Below are positions 1 to 9,797 of a stretch of DNA of 64,000 nt, piece after piece (position 1 is the stretch's first letter; every line of letters starts with the position of its first letter). The notes below the pieces were generated by a model. That model was not told where the DNA came from. It was given only the letters and a program-made list of their open reading frames with translations, and did not search any database. The position numbers were made by a program, and so were the translations under genes. The DNA is taken from NCBI GenBank assembly GCA_965207065.1, contig OZ242260.1, positions 192,001-256,000 on the forward strand, given 5' to 3'. This DNA comes from a bacterium (GTDB lineage Bacteria > UBA8248).

Positions 1-250
1 CATCGCCCACCCAGAAAATCACGCGCGCTCTTTCGAGCTCTCTGGCGTCGGAGGGTTTGAGGGAAAACGTATGGGGCGAGGCAACGCCCTTTATCAGAAG
101 ATAGGGTTCGCCGATCCCTTTCATGACTCCCGAAACCAGCGAATGAAGCGGTTTGATAGAAGTCACCACCCTTGGGGCGGCCGATGCGGGAGCGGCATGG
201 TGAGCTGTCAAGACTATTGCCAGAAACCCGACGGTCAATAAATTTTTCAT
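1..250 (-). CDS. znuA: Zinc ABC transporter substrate-binding protein, N-terminal part (runs off the window start)
   Basis: Hand translation from ATG at 250: MKNLLTVGFLAIVLTAHHAAPASAAPRVVTSIKPLHSLVSGVMKG...SPHTFSLKPSDARELERARVIFWVG. Has a signal peptide plus the cluster A-I VVTSIKP and SPH motifs; divergent from zur-znuCB. Not in the ORF track. Confidence 0.92.
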   Translation of the reverse strand, partial: MKNLLTVGFLAIVLTAHHAAPASAAPRVVTSIKPLHSLVSGVMKGIGEPYLLIKGVASPHTFSLKPSDARELERARVIFWVGD

Positions 251-294
251 GAATAATATCCCTTTTGGCCTGGAATGTGATTGAAGACAATGCA

Positions 295-317
295 ATAATG
301 GTATAGTATAATATATC
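295..317. promoter_or_regulatory. Putative Zur box in the znuA/zur divergent region
   Basis: ATAATGGTATAGTATAATATATC matches the proteobacterial Zur consensus GAAATGTTATAnTATAACATTTC at about 17 of 22 positions by manual alignment, at the expected location. Confidence 0.65.
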
Positions 318-342
318 TATTTTCTGATCAAGGAATAATTAA

Positions 343-831
343 ATGCCATCAAGCAACAATAATTTTCCCAACAGACATCACGACCATGCGGTCTGTATCG
401 AGAGTGCGCTGGTACAAGCCGAATTGCTTTGCAGGGAACGCGGAGTAAGGCTCACGCCGCTCAGGAGGCGCGTTCTAGAAATCGTATGGGAGAGCCACGC
501 GCCCCTTGGCGCCTACGACGCGCTCCAGCGCATGAACGCAGGCGGGGAGCGAAACGCTCCGCCCACCGTCTACCGGGCGCTGGATTTTCTCCTGAAGCAC
601 GGCCTCATTCACCGCATCGAGAGCATGAACGCGTTCGTGGGATGCGCCACACCGGAGTATACTCACAAAGGCCAGTTCTTCATCTGCCGAGATTGTGGAA
701 ACGTGGCCGAGGCGCACAGCAAGGAAATCAGCGAGGCCATCGAGGCAAGCGCCACCCGAACCGGTTTTCTGGTGGAAACGCCAGTCGTGGAAATCAGCGG
801 TCAGTGCCTGGAGTGTCATGACAATGAATGA
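343..831 (+). CDS. zur: Fur-family zinc uptake regulator Zur
   Basis: RLTPLRRRVL, PPTVYRALDFL, HRIES, CRDCG and CLEC motifs; first gene before znuC/znuB; RBS AAGGA. Confidence 0.93.
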   Translation: MPSSNNNFPNRHHDHAVCIESALVQAELLCRERGVRLTPLRRRVLEIVWESHAPLGAYDALQRMNAGGERNAPPTVYRALDFLLKHGLIHRIESMNAFVGCATPEYTHKGQFFICRDCGNVAEAHSKEISEAIEASATRTGFLVETPVVEISGQCLECHDNE

Positions 832-1609
832 AGCGCGACCTCCCCTCATTTCCGTTGCGAACCTCAACTTCGGCATCGGGGAGACGACGATTCTCCAAAA
901 CATCAACCTCGAAATATCGGCGGGCGAAATCCTCACTCTTGTCGGCCCTAACGGCGCGGGCAAAACCACCTTGGTCCGCGTGCTGCTCGGACTGCTCAAG
1001 CCCGACTCGGGCGAGATCCGCCGAAAGGAGGGCATTTCGGTCGGCTACCTTCCCCAGGCTTTCGAGGTGGACCCCTCGCTTCCGCTCACAGTGCGCAGGT
1101 TGTTAAGCCTCACGCAAAAGCCGTCGCTCAAGCAGATGGAGGCGCATCTCGAAGAGGTGGGCGCGAGAAACCTGCTGGATCATCCCGTCCAGAGCCTCTC
1201 GGGTGGAGAGCGCCAGCGCGTGCTTCTCGCCCGCGCCCTGCTGCGCAATCCCGAACTTCTCGTTCTCGACGAACCCATCCAGAACGTGGACATCAACGGA
1301 CAGACCGAACTCTACCGACTCATCATGAAGATCAGAGACAACAGGGGCTGCGGTGTTCTCATGATCTCGCACGACCTCCACCTCGTTATGGCGTTCACCG
1401 ACCTCGTGGTGTGCCTCAACAAGCACATCTGTTGTTCCGGACATCCCGAAGCCGTGAGCAAGCACCCCGAATACCTCGCCCTGTTTGGAAAGCAGGCGGC
1501 TGAGAGCCTGGCGGTCTACACACACAGGCACGACCACGTTCACGGACCAGAAGGGGAGATACTCCCCATCGAACCCGAAGAAGCCCATCACCATCATGGA
1601 GACACCTGA
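818..1609 (+). CDS. znuC: Zinc ABC transporter ATP-binding protein (start 818 or 824)
   Basis: Walker A GPNGAGKTT, signature LSGGERQR, Walker B LVLDEP, ISHDL, CCSGHP, His-rich C-terminal tail. Confidence 0.93.
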   Translation: MTMNEARPPLISVANLNFGIGETTILQNINLEISAGEILTLVGPNGAGKTTLVRVLLGLLKPDSGEIRRKEGISVGYLPQAFEVDPSLPLTVRRLLSLTQKPSLKQMEAHLEEVGARNLLDHPVQSLSGGERQRVLLARALLRNPELLVLDEPIQNVDINGQTELYRLIMKIRDNRGCGVLMISHDLHLVMAFTDLVVCLNKHICCSGHPEAVSKHPEYLALFGKQAAESLAVYTHRHDHVHGPEGEILPIEPEEAHHHHGDT

Positions 1610-2400
1610 TGGAGGATTTCATGCTCAGAGGTCTCATGGGAGGGGTGGGCGTCGCCCTGGTCACGGGCCCCGTGGGCTGTTTCATCGTCTGGCGCAAGAT
1701 GGCCTATTTCGGGAATTCCATGTCCCACACGGCTCTCCTCGGCGTGGCGATAGGGTTCGCCTTCGGGGTGGATATCAGGCTCGGCATCCTCATCTCCTGC
1801 ATCGGCCTCGCGCTCATCCTCCTGATGCTGCAAAGCCGGAAAACACTCTCCACCGATACGCTGCTGGGCATCCTGGCGCACACGGCGCTTTCGGTGGGCA
1901 TCATCGCCGTCAGCGTGCTGGAGACGCTCCGGGTCGATCTGATAGGCTATCTCTTCGGCGACATCCTCGCGGTCGGCCCGCTGGATTTGTGGTGGATCTA
2001 CCTCGGCGGGGCGGCGGCGCTGGGTACGCTCGCGTGGCTGTGGCGAGGCCTTCTCGCCGTCACGGTGAACGAAGAACTCGCGAGCGCCGAGGGGATACCG
2101 ACATTCGCCGTGAAACTCGTCTTCATGCTCCTGATCGCCTTCATCATCGCCATCGCCATGAAGTTGATAGGAATACTGCTCATCACCTCGATGCTCATCA
2201 TACCGGCGGCGGCGGCGCGGCGATTCTCCAAAACACCCGAGCAGATGGCGGCGCTCGCCGCCCTGGCGGGGACCGTATCAGTAGTGGCGGGTCTGTGGGT
2301 GTCGGTCGCATGGAACGCGCCCGCAGGGCCGTGCATCGTTGTGGCGGCGGCGGCGCTGTTCCTTTTCAGCCATACCTGGGAGATCCTGACCGGTAGGTGA
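1609..2400 (+). CDS. znuB: Zinc ABC transporter permease
   Basis: GCFIVWRKMAYFG, SHTALLG and YLFGDIL motifs; multi-TM; 1-nt overlap with the znuC stop. Confidence 0.93.
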   Translation: MEDFMLRGLMGGVGVALVTGPVGCFIVWRKMAYFGNSMSHTALLGVAIGFAFGVDIRLGILISCIGLALILLMLQSRKTLSTDTLLGILAHTALSVGIIAVSVLETLRVDLIGYLFGDILAVGPLDLWWIYLGGAAALGTLAWLWRGLLAVTVNEELASAEGIPTFAVKLVFMLLIAFIIAIAMKLIGILLITSMLIIPAAAARRFSKTPEQMAALAALAGTVSVVAGLWVSVAWNAPAGPCIVVAAAALFLFSHTWEILTGR

Positions 2401-2907
2401 TGAACGGCGCGGCACCCCCTGACTAGACTGCATCGAACGCACCGTTACCTCGGATGTAAGCATTCGGTGGCAAGGTGATGGCCGTGCTGAAACCGGTGCC
2501 TACATGAAGCATTGTCCGAAAAGAGTCAGACCAGCGCAGTGTCCTCACCACTTCGGCAGTGGCAGGAGATTCTGGTGGTCCCGGTGAATCAGCAGCATTC
2601 TCACTTACCGTGGGGGACATTGGCCCGCGTCGTTAGCACTCACTCCGGAGAGTCTGTGGTCCGCTCTATCATCCCACCAGCGAACGGATACCCCGACATA
2701 GACCCGCCGGGATATGCAGAAGTTAGAATTCGCCCGCTTTCGGCTTGTTTACGGACTGCGGAAGGCGAATTCTGAAAGAAACCTCCAATTACCGATACTG
2801 ACAATACTTTCAACAATTTATAATTGTTTCACCCCCGCCGGAATTCCCCCACCGTCTGTAAACGGGCGGAATATCCTATTTTAAATGCACCTCATATTCA
2901 GCAGGAA

Positions 2908-3342
2908 TTATTCTCTTTTGAAAGATTTGATAGTTTCAATCTCAATACCTTCATTGTATTTGTCCACCTGATTCGGAATCGTGAACAAGTCGATAAACCA
3001 CCAGATTGCATAGGCAAACAACCCCATGAAACCAATCGCTATTATGAATTCTCCCTCTGATAATTCTTCGCTCGATACATGAAGCGCACTCGGATCAAAA
3101 CTCATGATGAGGCCAGATAACAGAAAGATGGAAGCAATGGATGGTCCGATGATATAGAGTATTCCCGCCCAAATATTGCCGAGATAGAACTTGTGGATGC
3201 CGAGAAAACTAAGGAAGAACCATAACACATAAGTGAGACTGACGGATTTTTTCCGTCGCTCAATTTCACTTTGCAAGATATGAAATTCCCTGTCGCTAAG
3301 ATTGGATTTTAGAGCTATCAGTTCTTTGGAGCGGTCTGTCAT
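2908..3342 (-). CDS. TM2-domain membrane protein
   Basis: KKSVSLTYVLWFFLSFLGIHKFYLG and WWFIDLFTIP are typical TM2 family motifs. Confidence 0.85.
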   Translation of the reverse strand: MTDRSKELIALKSNLSDREFHILQSEIERRKKSVSLTYVLWFFLSFLGIHKFYLGNIWAGILYIIGPSIASIFLLSGLIMSFDPSALHVSSEELSEGEFIIAIGFMGLFAYAIWWFIDLFTIPNQVDKYNEGIEIETIKSFKRE

Positions 3343-3848
3343 ATTATTGCTTCCTCATTGGTTTTCTCGTCATTATTCTTAACTTCAAGTCGAGGAATTT
3401 CTATATGCCATTTTGTCTCCAATGAGTCCAAAAACTCATTCATGGGAAAATAAGAATAGCCTTCATCTGGCTTTGCCTTGAACCCTTTTTTGAGTAATCC
3501 TCGGATATATATTTCGTTATAAAAGAAGGGAAATGATAAGATGCAGATTATGGTTAAACCCACCATGGATAGGGCAATATATTGGGTGGATTGAGAGAAT
3601 TCGGCTAAACTAGTTTGTGTGAAAATTGACGATGCGTAAACTCCGGGAATCCCGCACAAAAACATAATGATTGCCCATTTCGAGTCTCCTCTCCACGCTG
3701 GTACTCCCCAGGCAAAGAGTAGTCCTAAAAAAAGGGCTGACCATGAAAAACCAACTGGCGCTTTTTTAATGTGCGCTCTCTTTTTCCACCACGATAATGA
3801 TTTGGTATCTTGATTTTCTTTCATAAACACGATCTTCGCGTAAGCCAT
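3339..3848 (-). CDS. DUF2628-like membrane protein
   Basis: KKAPVGFSWSALF..PAWRGD and FFYNEIYIRGLLKKGF; ATG at 3848 with RBS (GAGGCAGGA); ATGA overlap with the TM2 gene. Confidence 0.65.
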   Translation of the reverse strand: MAYAKIVFMKENQDTKSLSWWKKRAHIKKAPVGFSWSALFLGLLFAWGVPAWRGDSKWAIIMFLCGIPGVYASSIFTQTSLAEFSQSTQYIALSMVGLTIICILSFPFFYNEIYIRGLLKKGFKAKPDEGYSYFPMNEFLDSLETKWHIEIPRLEVKNNDEKTNEEAII

Positions 3849-3986
3849 GTATTCCTGCCTCAAAAAGAAATATGGGAATAGCCCGTCTTCGCTGTCGGGC
3901 CGGTGGCCTTTCAATTCAAGAAAACTCAACTAAAACCAACTTTTTATTTGACGGTTATCATTTGCGGTTTTTTTATTTTGCAAACT

Positions 3987-4145
3987 TCAATTATCTGCCC
4001 AGTATCTGAAAAGCATTCTTATAAATAAGGCGGAAACGAGAATGATTCCGTAAATTTGATATTTCCATTTTCGCCAGAAATCTTTTTCTTCTTTGTCTCT
4101 ATCGTCTTGAGCCTCTTGAGCGATTGACTCTTTGTCTTTAGTCAC
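3987..4145 (-). CDS. Small 52-aa single-TM protein (not in ORF track)
   Basis: GTG start preceded by AGAAGGAAGG; MTKDKESIAQEAQDDRDKEEKDFWRKWKYQIYGIILVSALFIRMLFRYWADN; fills the gap in a same-strand gene run. Confidence 0.55.
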   Translation of the reverse strand: MTKDKESIAQEAQDDRDKEEKDFWRKWKYQIYGIILVSALFIRMLFRYWADN

Positions 4146-4166
4146 ATTTCCTTCCTTCTAGGATGA

Positions 4167-4778
4167 TTACGACTCTTTGCTATGGTCGTTATTTTGTCTT
4201 TTTTCATCGCCCATCATTCGCGCCCTTATAGAACCAGACGATAAGAGCAGACCTAAAGCGGAAAGAAGAATCAATACCATTTTCCCGCCATAGGTTTCCC
4301 AAAATGGTAATTCTGTATTATGTGGTAGAGAGACATGCGCGAGACTTGCGAGTTTTTCTAATTCAGTGCGATTGAATTCAACATAGACAACTTGGTCTGA
4401 GATTTTTGAGTTCTCAATATAACCACACCATCGGATGTGATAATTCCAAACTGGTAACGAAAAGATCGTAATCGACTTGTAAATTATTCCGACATCAAAG
4501 AAATGTCCGTCTGTTGTTTTGAAAGGTGGAGTATCCGGAAAATCTACGATTTTGATCGTGTTTTCCCCGCCGTAAGTAAAAGGAGCAAATTTTCGGATCC
4601 AAGTCTCCACTGAAGGTGGCTCGTAATATTCAACATATCCAAGAATGGCGATCATGATGATTACGGCAATACTAATTCTCAGTGGTTTGGACGCAGTAGA
4701 TGAGCGAGTCACAGTCCCCTCATATGAAAAGGGAATATCCAACCGTCCCGACACTTGATCGGGCCGGTTGCCAGACAA
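4167..4778 (-). CDS. Hypothetical membrane-anchored protein (start uncertain)
   Basis: Hydrophobic segments near both ends flank a soluble region; same strand as the other island cargo. Confidence 0.6.
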   Translation of the reverse strand: MSGNRPDQVSGRLDIPFSYEGTVTRSSTASKPLRISIAVIIMIAILGYVEYYEPPSVETWIRKFAPFTYGGENTIKIVDFPDTPPFKTTDGHFFDVGIIYKSITIFSLPVWNYHIRWCGYIENSKISDQVVYVEFNRTELEKLASLAHVSLPHNTELPFWETYGGKMVLILLSALGLLLSSGSIRARMMGDEKRQNNDHSKES

Positions 4779-5245
4779 CGCACAGATTGCTCGGTGGGTT
4801 CCCGCGTATTCCCGCAGGGATGCGGTCTTCTATTTCGCAGGCGACCCGAATTAAAGGTCGATCTGCACGTTATCTGGCAAGAAGTAATATGGATGATGGG
4901 GTTTGGATTTGTCAATGATTAACAGTTCGTCGTTGATTGAATTTTACGAAAACTTGAACTTATCTTCGTGTTTCGTGTGTTATCCAGGTGGGTCATTTCA
5001 TTAGAGAATGGTCAATTCAGATTGAATCTGGAGAAGTGAACTAGGCTTTGCGCTGAAACGACCTTGGAAACATTTTCGTTGGAAACCAAGAACTTTGGAT
5101 ACCGGTCGAAAATTGCGAAACAACAAGCTCAAACGACTTCGGCTGTCACGGAAATCCATCTAATGCCGGAGTATATTTTTGTCCTACCAGGCCATCGCGA
5201 TGAATGGTCCTCTCCCACTTCAAGTAGGCTGTCAGCACCAGAAAC

Positions 5246-5275
5246 TTGACATATTATATTAAAATATGTTATAAT
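5246..5275 (+). promoter_or_regulatory. Consensus sigma70 promoter with overlapping inverted repeat, facing xis-int
   Basis: TTGACA (5246-5251), 18 nt spacer, TGn-TATAAT (5270-5275); ACATATT-N7-AATATGT inverted repeat spans the spacer. Confidence 0.65.
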
Positions 5276-5680
5276 ATTATTAATATTTAGCATGAATGTG
5301 TCTGGTTTTTTCTTGTGCCAAGCCCACAAATTTATTCAATGCCAATGATGTAACGCTGTGGGGCTCTTCCTTGATTGAGGAAATCCAATAGGGGGAATTG
5401 TGCGCAAGTTATGCTGCTTAAAACCAAGAAAAAGAAATCTGTATTTTGGTGAATTTTTTTATCATAAGGAGAAATTTATATGCATGAAATGAATCACAAT
5501 CCACAAAATTACGAACCACGGTTACTTCAATTTCCGCTAGGGATAGAGGAGGATGCTGATAGCAAGATGAAGGCGAAAATCCCAATGCATTCTCTAGAGG
5601 CACAATTCCCACCTTTAACAAAAAACGGGACTCTGCGAAATTCTCAACCTGCAAATGACCGAAAGCGCAGATCCTCCACT

Positions 5681-5899
5681 GTGCCGACCATCTCGGCGAA
5701 AGATCTCGAAAACAACAAATACCTAACCGTCAAGGAAGCAGCTATTTATACCAACACTCCAGAGAACACTATCCGCAGTAAATGGATAGCGATGCGAAAA
5801 GCCCCATATCACAAGATAGGGAAATCAGTAATGTTCAATCGTGTCGAACTAGATGAGTGGATGGAGCAGCAGAAAATCGAACCCATTACTATAGATTAG
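5681..5899 (+). CDS. Excisionase-type helix-turn-helix protein (HTH_17); ORF open from 5480, start uncertain
   Basis: YLTVKEAAIYTNTPENTIRSKW...PYHKIGKSVMFNRVELDEWM is a typical excisionase/MerR-like HTH, directly upstream of the integrase. Confidence 0.8.
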   Translation: MPTISAKDLENNKYLTVKEAAIYTNTPENTIRSKWIAMRKAPYHKIGKSVMFNRVELDEWMEQQKIEPITID

Positions 5900-5910
5900 A
5901 GGAAGTATGA

Positions 5911-7038
5911 ATGGACAAAAGAAGAAAACACATACCCGCCAACTCGAAGTCATTGCCAAAAGGGATTCAGTTTTTTCCTGAAAAAAAGAAGTTTGGGATT
6001 GATATACATGCAGATGGGCGACGCATCAGGAAAGGCAACCTCCCCAATAGGGCAACTGCCGAGCGCGTGCTAGCCAAACTTAGAACCGAGATCGCCGAGG
6101 GAAAATATCTGGATAAGAAGAAAATTAAAAATCCCCTTTTCTCTGCGGTCGTCAAAGAATATGAAAAATGGGCACAGTCCCGAAAGAAAAGCTATGAGAA
6201 CACAGAAAAATATCAGCTTAAAGAATTGATGCGCGAGTTCGGAGAAAAGAAACTCGCCGATCTCACTCCCACAGTGATTGAAAAATTCCTAACCAAATTA
6301 ATGGAGCGCGAGGGTCGAACACCAGCCACATGCAATCGATATCGTTCTTTACTTAGTCGTGTATTTCATAAAGCCATCGATTGGGAATTCTTCGAAGATC
6401 GAAATCCCATCACCAAAGTGTCCAAAATGAGGGAGCCATCTGGGCGTGAAAGAGTGCTTCGGGGAAATGAGAGGGAATGTCTGCTAGCGGCGGCTGAAGA
6501 ACCACTTAAGTCATTCATTCTCGCCGCCCTTTGTACAGGTTGCAGGAAAGATGAACTCCTCCAACTTCAGTGGGCAGAAGTCGATCTTGATTCCGATATC
6601 ATCAAAATATTAGGTGAGAATGCAAAAACAGGTAAATCTCGGGAGATACCAATCCATCCAGAACTTAAAGAGATTCTAATCAATCTTCCTAGTCGCTTTC
6701 AGGGTCAGTTCGTCTTCATCAATCCAAATACCCTCAAACCTCTGCGTCAGCCAAAAGGTGGTTCCATTTACATTAGGAGGGCATGGAAACAAGCTACCGA
6801 ACGTGCAGGTATAAAGGATCTACAATTTCATGATCTTCGTCATGACTTCTGCACAAATGCCATGAGAAGTGGTATCCATCCAAAAATCGTTCAGGAGTGG
6901 ATGGGGCACTCAAAATCCATCATGACAGACCGGTATACCAATTTTGGTTTTGAGGAAACCCGAGCAGCAATGGCTAAACTTTCATCTTCTAACGATGATG
7001 CAACGTCCACTAAAACGTCCATCGCAAATTTAGGTTAA
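5911..7038 (+). CDS. Tyrosine recombinase / phage-type integrase
   Basis: Catalytic set intact: TGCRKDE (R), AKTG (K), FHDLRH (HxxR), MGH, DRY (Y); ends 31 nt from the tRNA 3' end. Confidence 0.95.
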   Translation: MDKRRKHIPANSKSLPKGIQFFPEKKKFGIDIHADGRRIRKGNLPNRATAERVLAKLRTEIAEGKYLDKKKIKNPLFSAVVKEYEKWAQSRKKSYENTEKYQLKELMREFGEKKLADLTPTVIEKFLTKLMEREGRTPATCNRYRSLLSRVFHKAIDWEFFEDRNPITKVSKMREPSGRERVLRGNERECLLAAAEEPLKSFILAALCTGCRKDELLQLQWAEVDLDSDIIKILGENAKTGKSREIPIHPELKEILINLPSRFQGQFVFINPNTLKPLRQPKGGSIYIRRAWKQATERAGIKDLQFHDLRHDFCTNAMRSGIHPKIVQEWMGHSKSIMTDRYTNFGFEETRAAMAKLSSSNDDATSTKTSIANLG

Positions 7039-7069
7039 CCGCAAAACTCATCCAAGTCATTGTATTTGT

Positions 7070-7145
7070 TGGTGGAGCTGAGGGGGATCGAACCCCTGAC
7101 CTCATGACTGCCAGTCATGCGCTCTCCCAGCTGAGCTACAGCCCC
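7070..7145 (-). tRNA. tRNA-Ala(GGC)
   Basis: Reverse complement GGGGCTGTAGCTCAGCTGGGAGAGCGCATGACTGGCAGTCATGAGGTCAGGGGTTCGATCCCCCTCAGCTCCACCA: 76 nt cloverleaf, anticodon GGC, G3-U70 pair, encoded CCA. Confidence 0.97.
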
Positions 7146-7244
7146 ATACAGGAGGATTTTCCTGAAACCCCCGAAGGGTGCGCGAAGGAATGTAGCGGAA
7201 ACCGCGCGCCCTCGTCAACGCTGGAGTGAGAGGAATGAAGCGTC

Positions 7245-8366
7245 TCAACCGCCTGGATCCGGCTCCTCAGCAAACGCCTGCACCTGATCCGCAAGTTCCG
7301 AGAAATCGGCGGCGCCCGTCGTATCCTCGGTAATGACTTCCACCTCTTCGGGTCCGCTCGCTCCGAGCCCGAGTTCGACCGCGCGCCTGATCTGGCGGTG
7401 CGACCAGACGGGGTAATCGCGCAGGAGTTCGGACCCCATGGCGCGCACCACCGATGCGCCCACAACGTCCACGGCGACCCGGTCATCCCCTGCGATGATC
7501 ACGTTCGGTTCGCGCTCCTCCCCGGTGTAGGGACCGCCCGATATCCAGCACTTCGTGCCGTCGAGCACGATGAGGGAGGGCGAGTAGAGCAGGTTCGTCT
7601 CCATGATCATCTCCGCCATCTGGGAGACGAAATGCGCGCGAACGCGGTCCCTCGGATGCACGAACCCGTAGACGTTCTTGAGCGAGAGACTGAAGCGCGG
7701 CCCGCCGCCGTGACTCTTCATGGTGGGCAGGTTGACGACGTGCTGACCGGGCGTCATGAGGCGCTCGATGCAGTGCACCCAGCCACCCCAGCGAATCGCC
7801 TCAGGAACGCGGGCCTTCACCCAGGGCTCCTCGTCGAAGCGAAGGAGGCTCACGCCGGTTCGCTCCTGAAAATCGTTCATCCCCCAGCGCTCGAAGTTCC
7901 CGCGCGCCGGCAGGGAGAGGAGTCCGCCCATCTCGCCCACGGCCAGTTCCTCACAACCCGCATCTTTCAGGAGCGCGACGACGGTATCGAGCGTATCGGG
8001 ATGCGTTGAGGCCGGGAACGGGTCGGCGGAGTTGAAGTTGGGTTTCAGGAGCGCGGGTGCTGCCGAATCGATGATATGCCGGACCCCGCCCAGTTTTTCG
8101 ACCGCCAGGCGTATGGCCTCATCGCGCGTCTCCCCGCGCACCATGGCCACGAGGCTCCTGCCCTCTCGCTTGAGTCTGGGCGGGCGAAGGGGCGGCACTT
8201 CCGCTTCGGGGTAAACCTGTTTCGTCTCCTGGAGCGCGCGGTAGGCCGCCGATTCATCGAAATCAAGAACATTCCTGAAATTCTCGGCCCGCGTCTCCAC
8301 GGGGGTATCGAGTGGAACGATCATCTTCACATCCTCCCGAAGAAGATGGTAATCCTCATTTCCCAA
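7245..8366 (-). CDS. DUF362 domain protein
   Basis: LLKPNFNSADPFPASTHP, VVNLPTMKSH, SLSLKNVYG and DRVAVD motifs. Confidence 0.85.
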   Translation of the reverse strand: MGNEDYHLLREDVKMIVPLDTPVETRAENFRNVLDFDESAAYRALQETKQVYPEAEVPPLRPPRLKREGRSLVAMVRGETRDEAIRLAVEKLGGVRHIIDSAAPALLKPNFNSADPFPASTHPDTLDTVVALLKDAGCEELAVGEMGGLLSLPARGNFERWGMNDFQERTGVSLLRFDEEPWVKARVPEAIRWGGWVHCIERLMTPGQHVVNLPTMKSHGGGPRFSLSLKNVYGFVHPRDRVRAHFVSQMAEMIMETNLLYSPSLIVLDGTKCWISGGPYTGEEREPNVIIAGDDRVAVDVVGASVVRAMGSELLRDYPVWSHRQIRRAVELGLGASGPEEVEVITEDTTGAADFSELADQVQAFAEEPDPGG

Positions 8367-8470
8367 AGAAATTGATTCTACCCCGAAGGGCTGATTTGCG
8401 AAACTGCCAGGGCCTCTCTCATTCCTTGAGGGTCAATGACATCTGATGAAAAAGAACCACTCCCCCTTTG

Positions 8471-8719
8471 GGGGTCGTTGAAAAAGACCTCTCCGCCTCA
8501 TCCTGAATAGCGGCGAAGCCGCGTATCGAAGGATGCCCTCTCGCCCCGGCGCGAGGCGTTCGACTCCCCTCGCCCTTCGATGCAAACGCTCCTTTCTCAG
8601 CCGCGTTCTACCTTTGGCGGCTACTCAGGGTGAGGAAAGAGGCGTTGGCGGTTTGCGTGGGTCGAACGCGACCGGGGAGGGAGCGTTCGCTGCCTTTGAC
8701 GAGGCTTTTTCAACAGCCC
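8471..8719. mobile_element. MITE-like element A (IS-like terminal IRs, internal inverted hairpin pair)
   Basis: GGGGTCGTTGAAAAAG ... CTTTTTCAACAGCCC; internal CCTCATCCTGA..ATCGAAGG paired with CCTTCGATG..TCAGGGTGAGG. Confidence 0.7.
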
Positions 8720-8960
8720 TTGAAGGCATTTATGGCGTAACCATTCTTCCATGATTATGATTTCACTCGTCCGGCGAGGCCAGAACGAAACCCGAGAGGC
8801 AAGAGATTTTGACCGGATGAAATTGTCTTTCGCCTTTATCCTGTATTAGACTCTGGCCCCATCAGCGCAAGGCAGGACAAGCGAGTCCCAAAGACGCATC
8901 GCCTCCCGAAGCCTCCCAAAGCGCCTCGACGAAGATAATGAACCTTTAGGAAGGTTTTTG

Positions 8961-9797
8961 ATGCTTTTTTTCATTCAGTTCCTGGCGATGGGCTTAGGGG
9001 TAGGCGTGCTGGGCACGCTGGTGGGCGCGGGCGGCGGCTTCATCCTCACGCCCCTTCTCCTGCTGATCTTCACCGACCAGCCCTCGGAAGTCATCGCCGC
9101 CACTTCACTCAGCGTGGTCTGCCTGAACGCCCTTTCCGGCTCAGTCGCCTATTACCGCCAAAAGCGAATCGACATCAAGACAAGCGTCTCTTTCGCGCTG
9201 GCCGGTTCGGTCGGGGCGATAATCGGCGTCTTCGCCACGAGCGAGGTCGCGCGGGGGCCGTTCGACTTCCTGCTGGGAATGGCCTTGCTGATCCTTTGCA
9301 TCTCCATCATCAACCCGCCGCCGCCCTTCGAGGCAACGCGCGAGAGCCCCGGCGGCATCGGCGCGCTGGCGCACCGGCGCATTGTGGACAGCCATGGCAA
9401 AGTCTATGAATACGCCTTCCGCTTCCGGCTCGGCGCAGCCTTAAGCTCCATCGTGGGTTTTCTGGCGACGTTTCTGGGCATCGGGGGCGGCCCCATGCAT
9501 GTGCCGCTGATGATACGAATCTTGAGGATTCCTCCCCACATCGCCACCGCCACCTCGCAGTGCGAGCTTCTCTTCACCACTGCGCTCGCCGTGGCGTTTC
9601 ATTTCATCCTCGGCAACCTCCACGCGATGAAGAGCGTGATTCTTCCCCTCGCGATCGGGATAATCGTTGGCGCGCAGGCGGGAGCCGCCATCTCGCACCG
9701 GGTGAAATCCCTCACCCTCACGCGGATTCTGGCGGTACTGATGACGCTCGTCTCTCTACAGCTTCTCTACAAGGGGGCGAGCGAGTGGTTCTGGTAG
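8961..9797 (+). CDS. TSUP (TauE/SafE) family transporter
   Basis: GTLVGAGGGFILTP and FLGIGGGP repeats, AATS motifs, multi-TM. Confidence 0.9.
   Translation: MLFFIQFLAMGLGVGVLGTLVGAGGGFILTPLLLLIFTDQPSEVIAATSLSVVCLNALSGSVAYYRQKRIDIKTSVSFALAGSVGAIIGVFATSEVARGPFDFLLGMALLILCISIINPPPPFEATRESPGGIGALAHRRIVDSHGKVYEYAFRFRLGAALSSIVGFLATFLGIGGGPMHVPLMIRILRIPPHIATATSQCELLFTTALAVAFHFILGNLHAMKSVILPLAIGIIVGAQAGAAISHRVKSLTLTRILAVLMTLVSLQLLYKGASEWFW

Larger units (their letters stand above)
2403..7069. mobile_element. AT-rich integrative element or remnant at the 3' end of tRNA-Ala
   Basis: Tyrosine integrase plus excisionase abut the tRNA 3' end; sequence is visibly more AT-rich than the flanks. Left boundary is approximate because no clear att duplication was found. 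Confidence 0.75.

Noticed and set aside
2391-2431. Possible degenerate att copy of the tRNA-Ala 3' half (CCCCTGAC...GACTGC) overlapping the znuB stop
   Set aside because: The position fits, but the alignment needs several gaps and many mismatches and cannot be distinguished from chance by eye.
2423-2620. Short ORF with LHVGTGFSTAITLP, reminiscent of VirB9/TrbG-type proteins
   Set aside because: An in-frame stop lies just upstream, the ORF is short, and there are no other conjugation genes; the similarity is too slight.
2600-5000. Integron cassette array (attC sites) among the island cargo genes
   Set aside because: No RYYYAAC...GTTRRRY hairpins between genes, genes overlap, and the integrase lacks IntI character.
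8720-8960. Riboswitch upstream of the TSUP transporter
   Set aside because: No recognisable aptamer consensus; an Rfam search would be needed.
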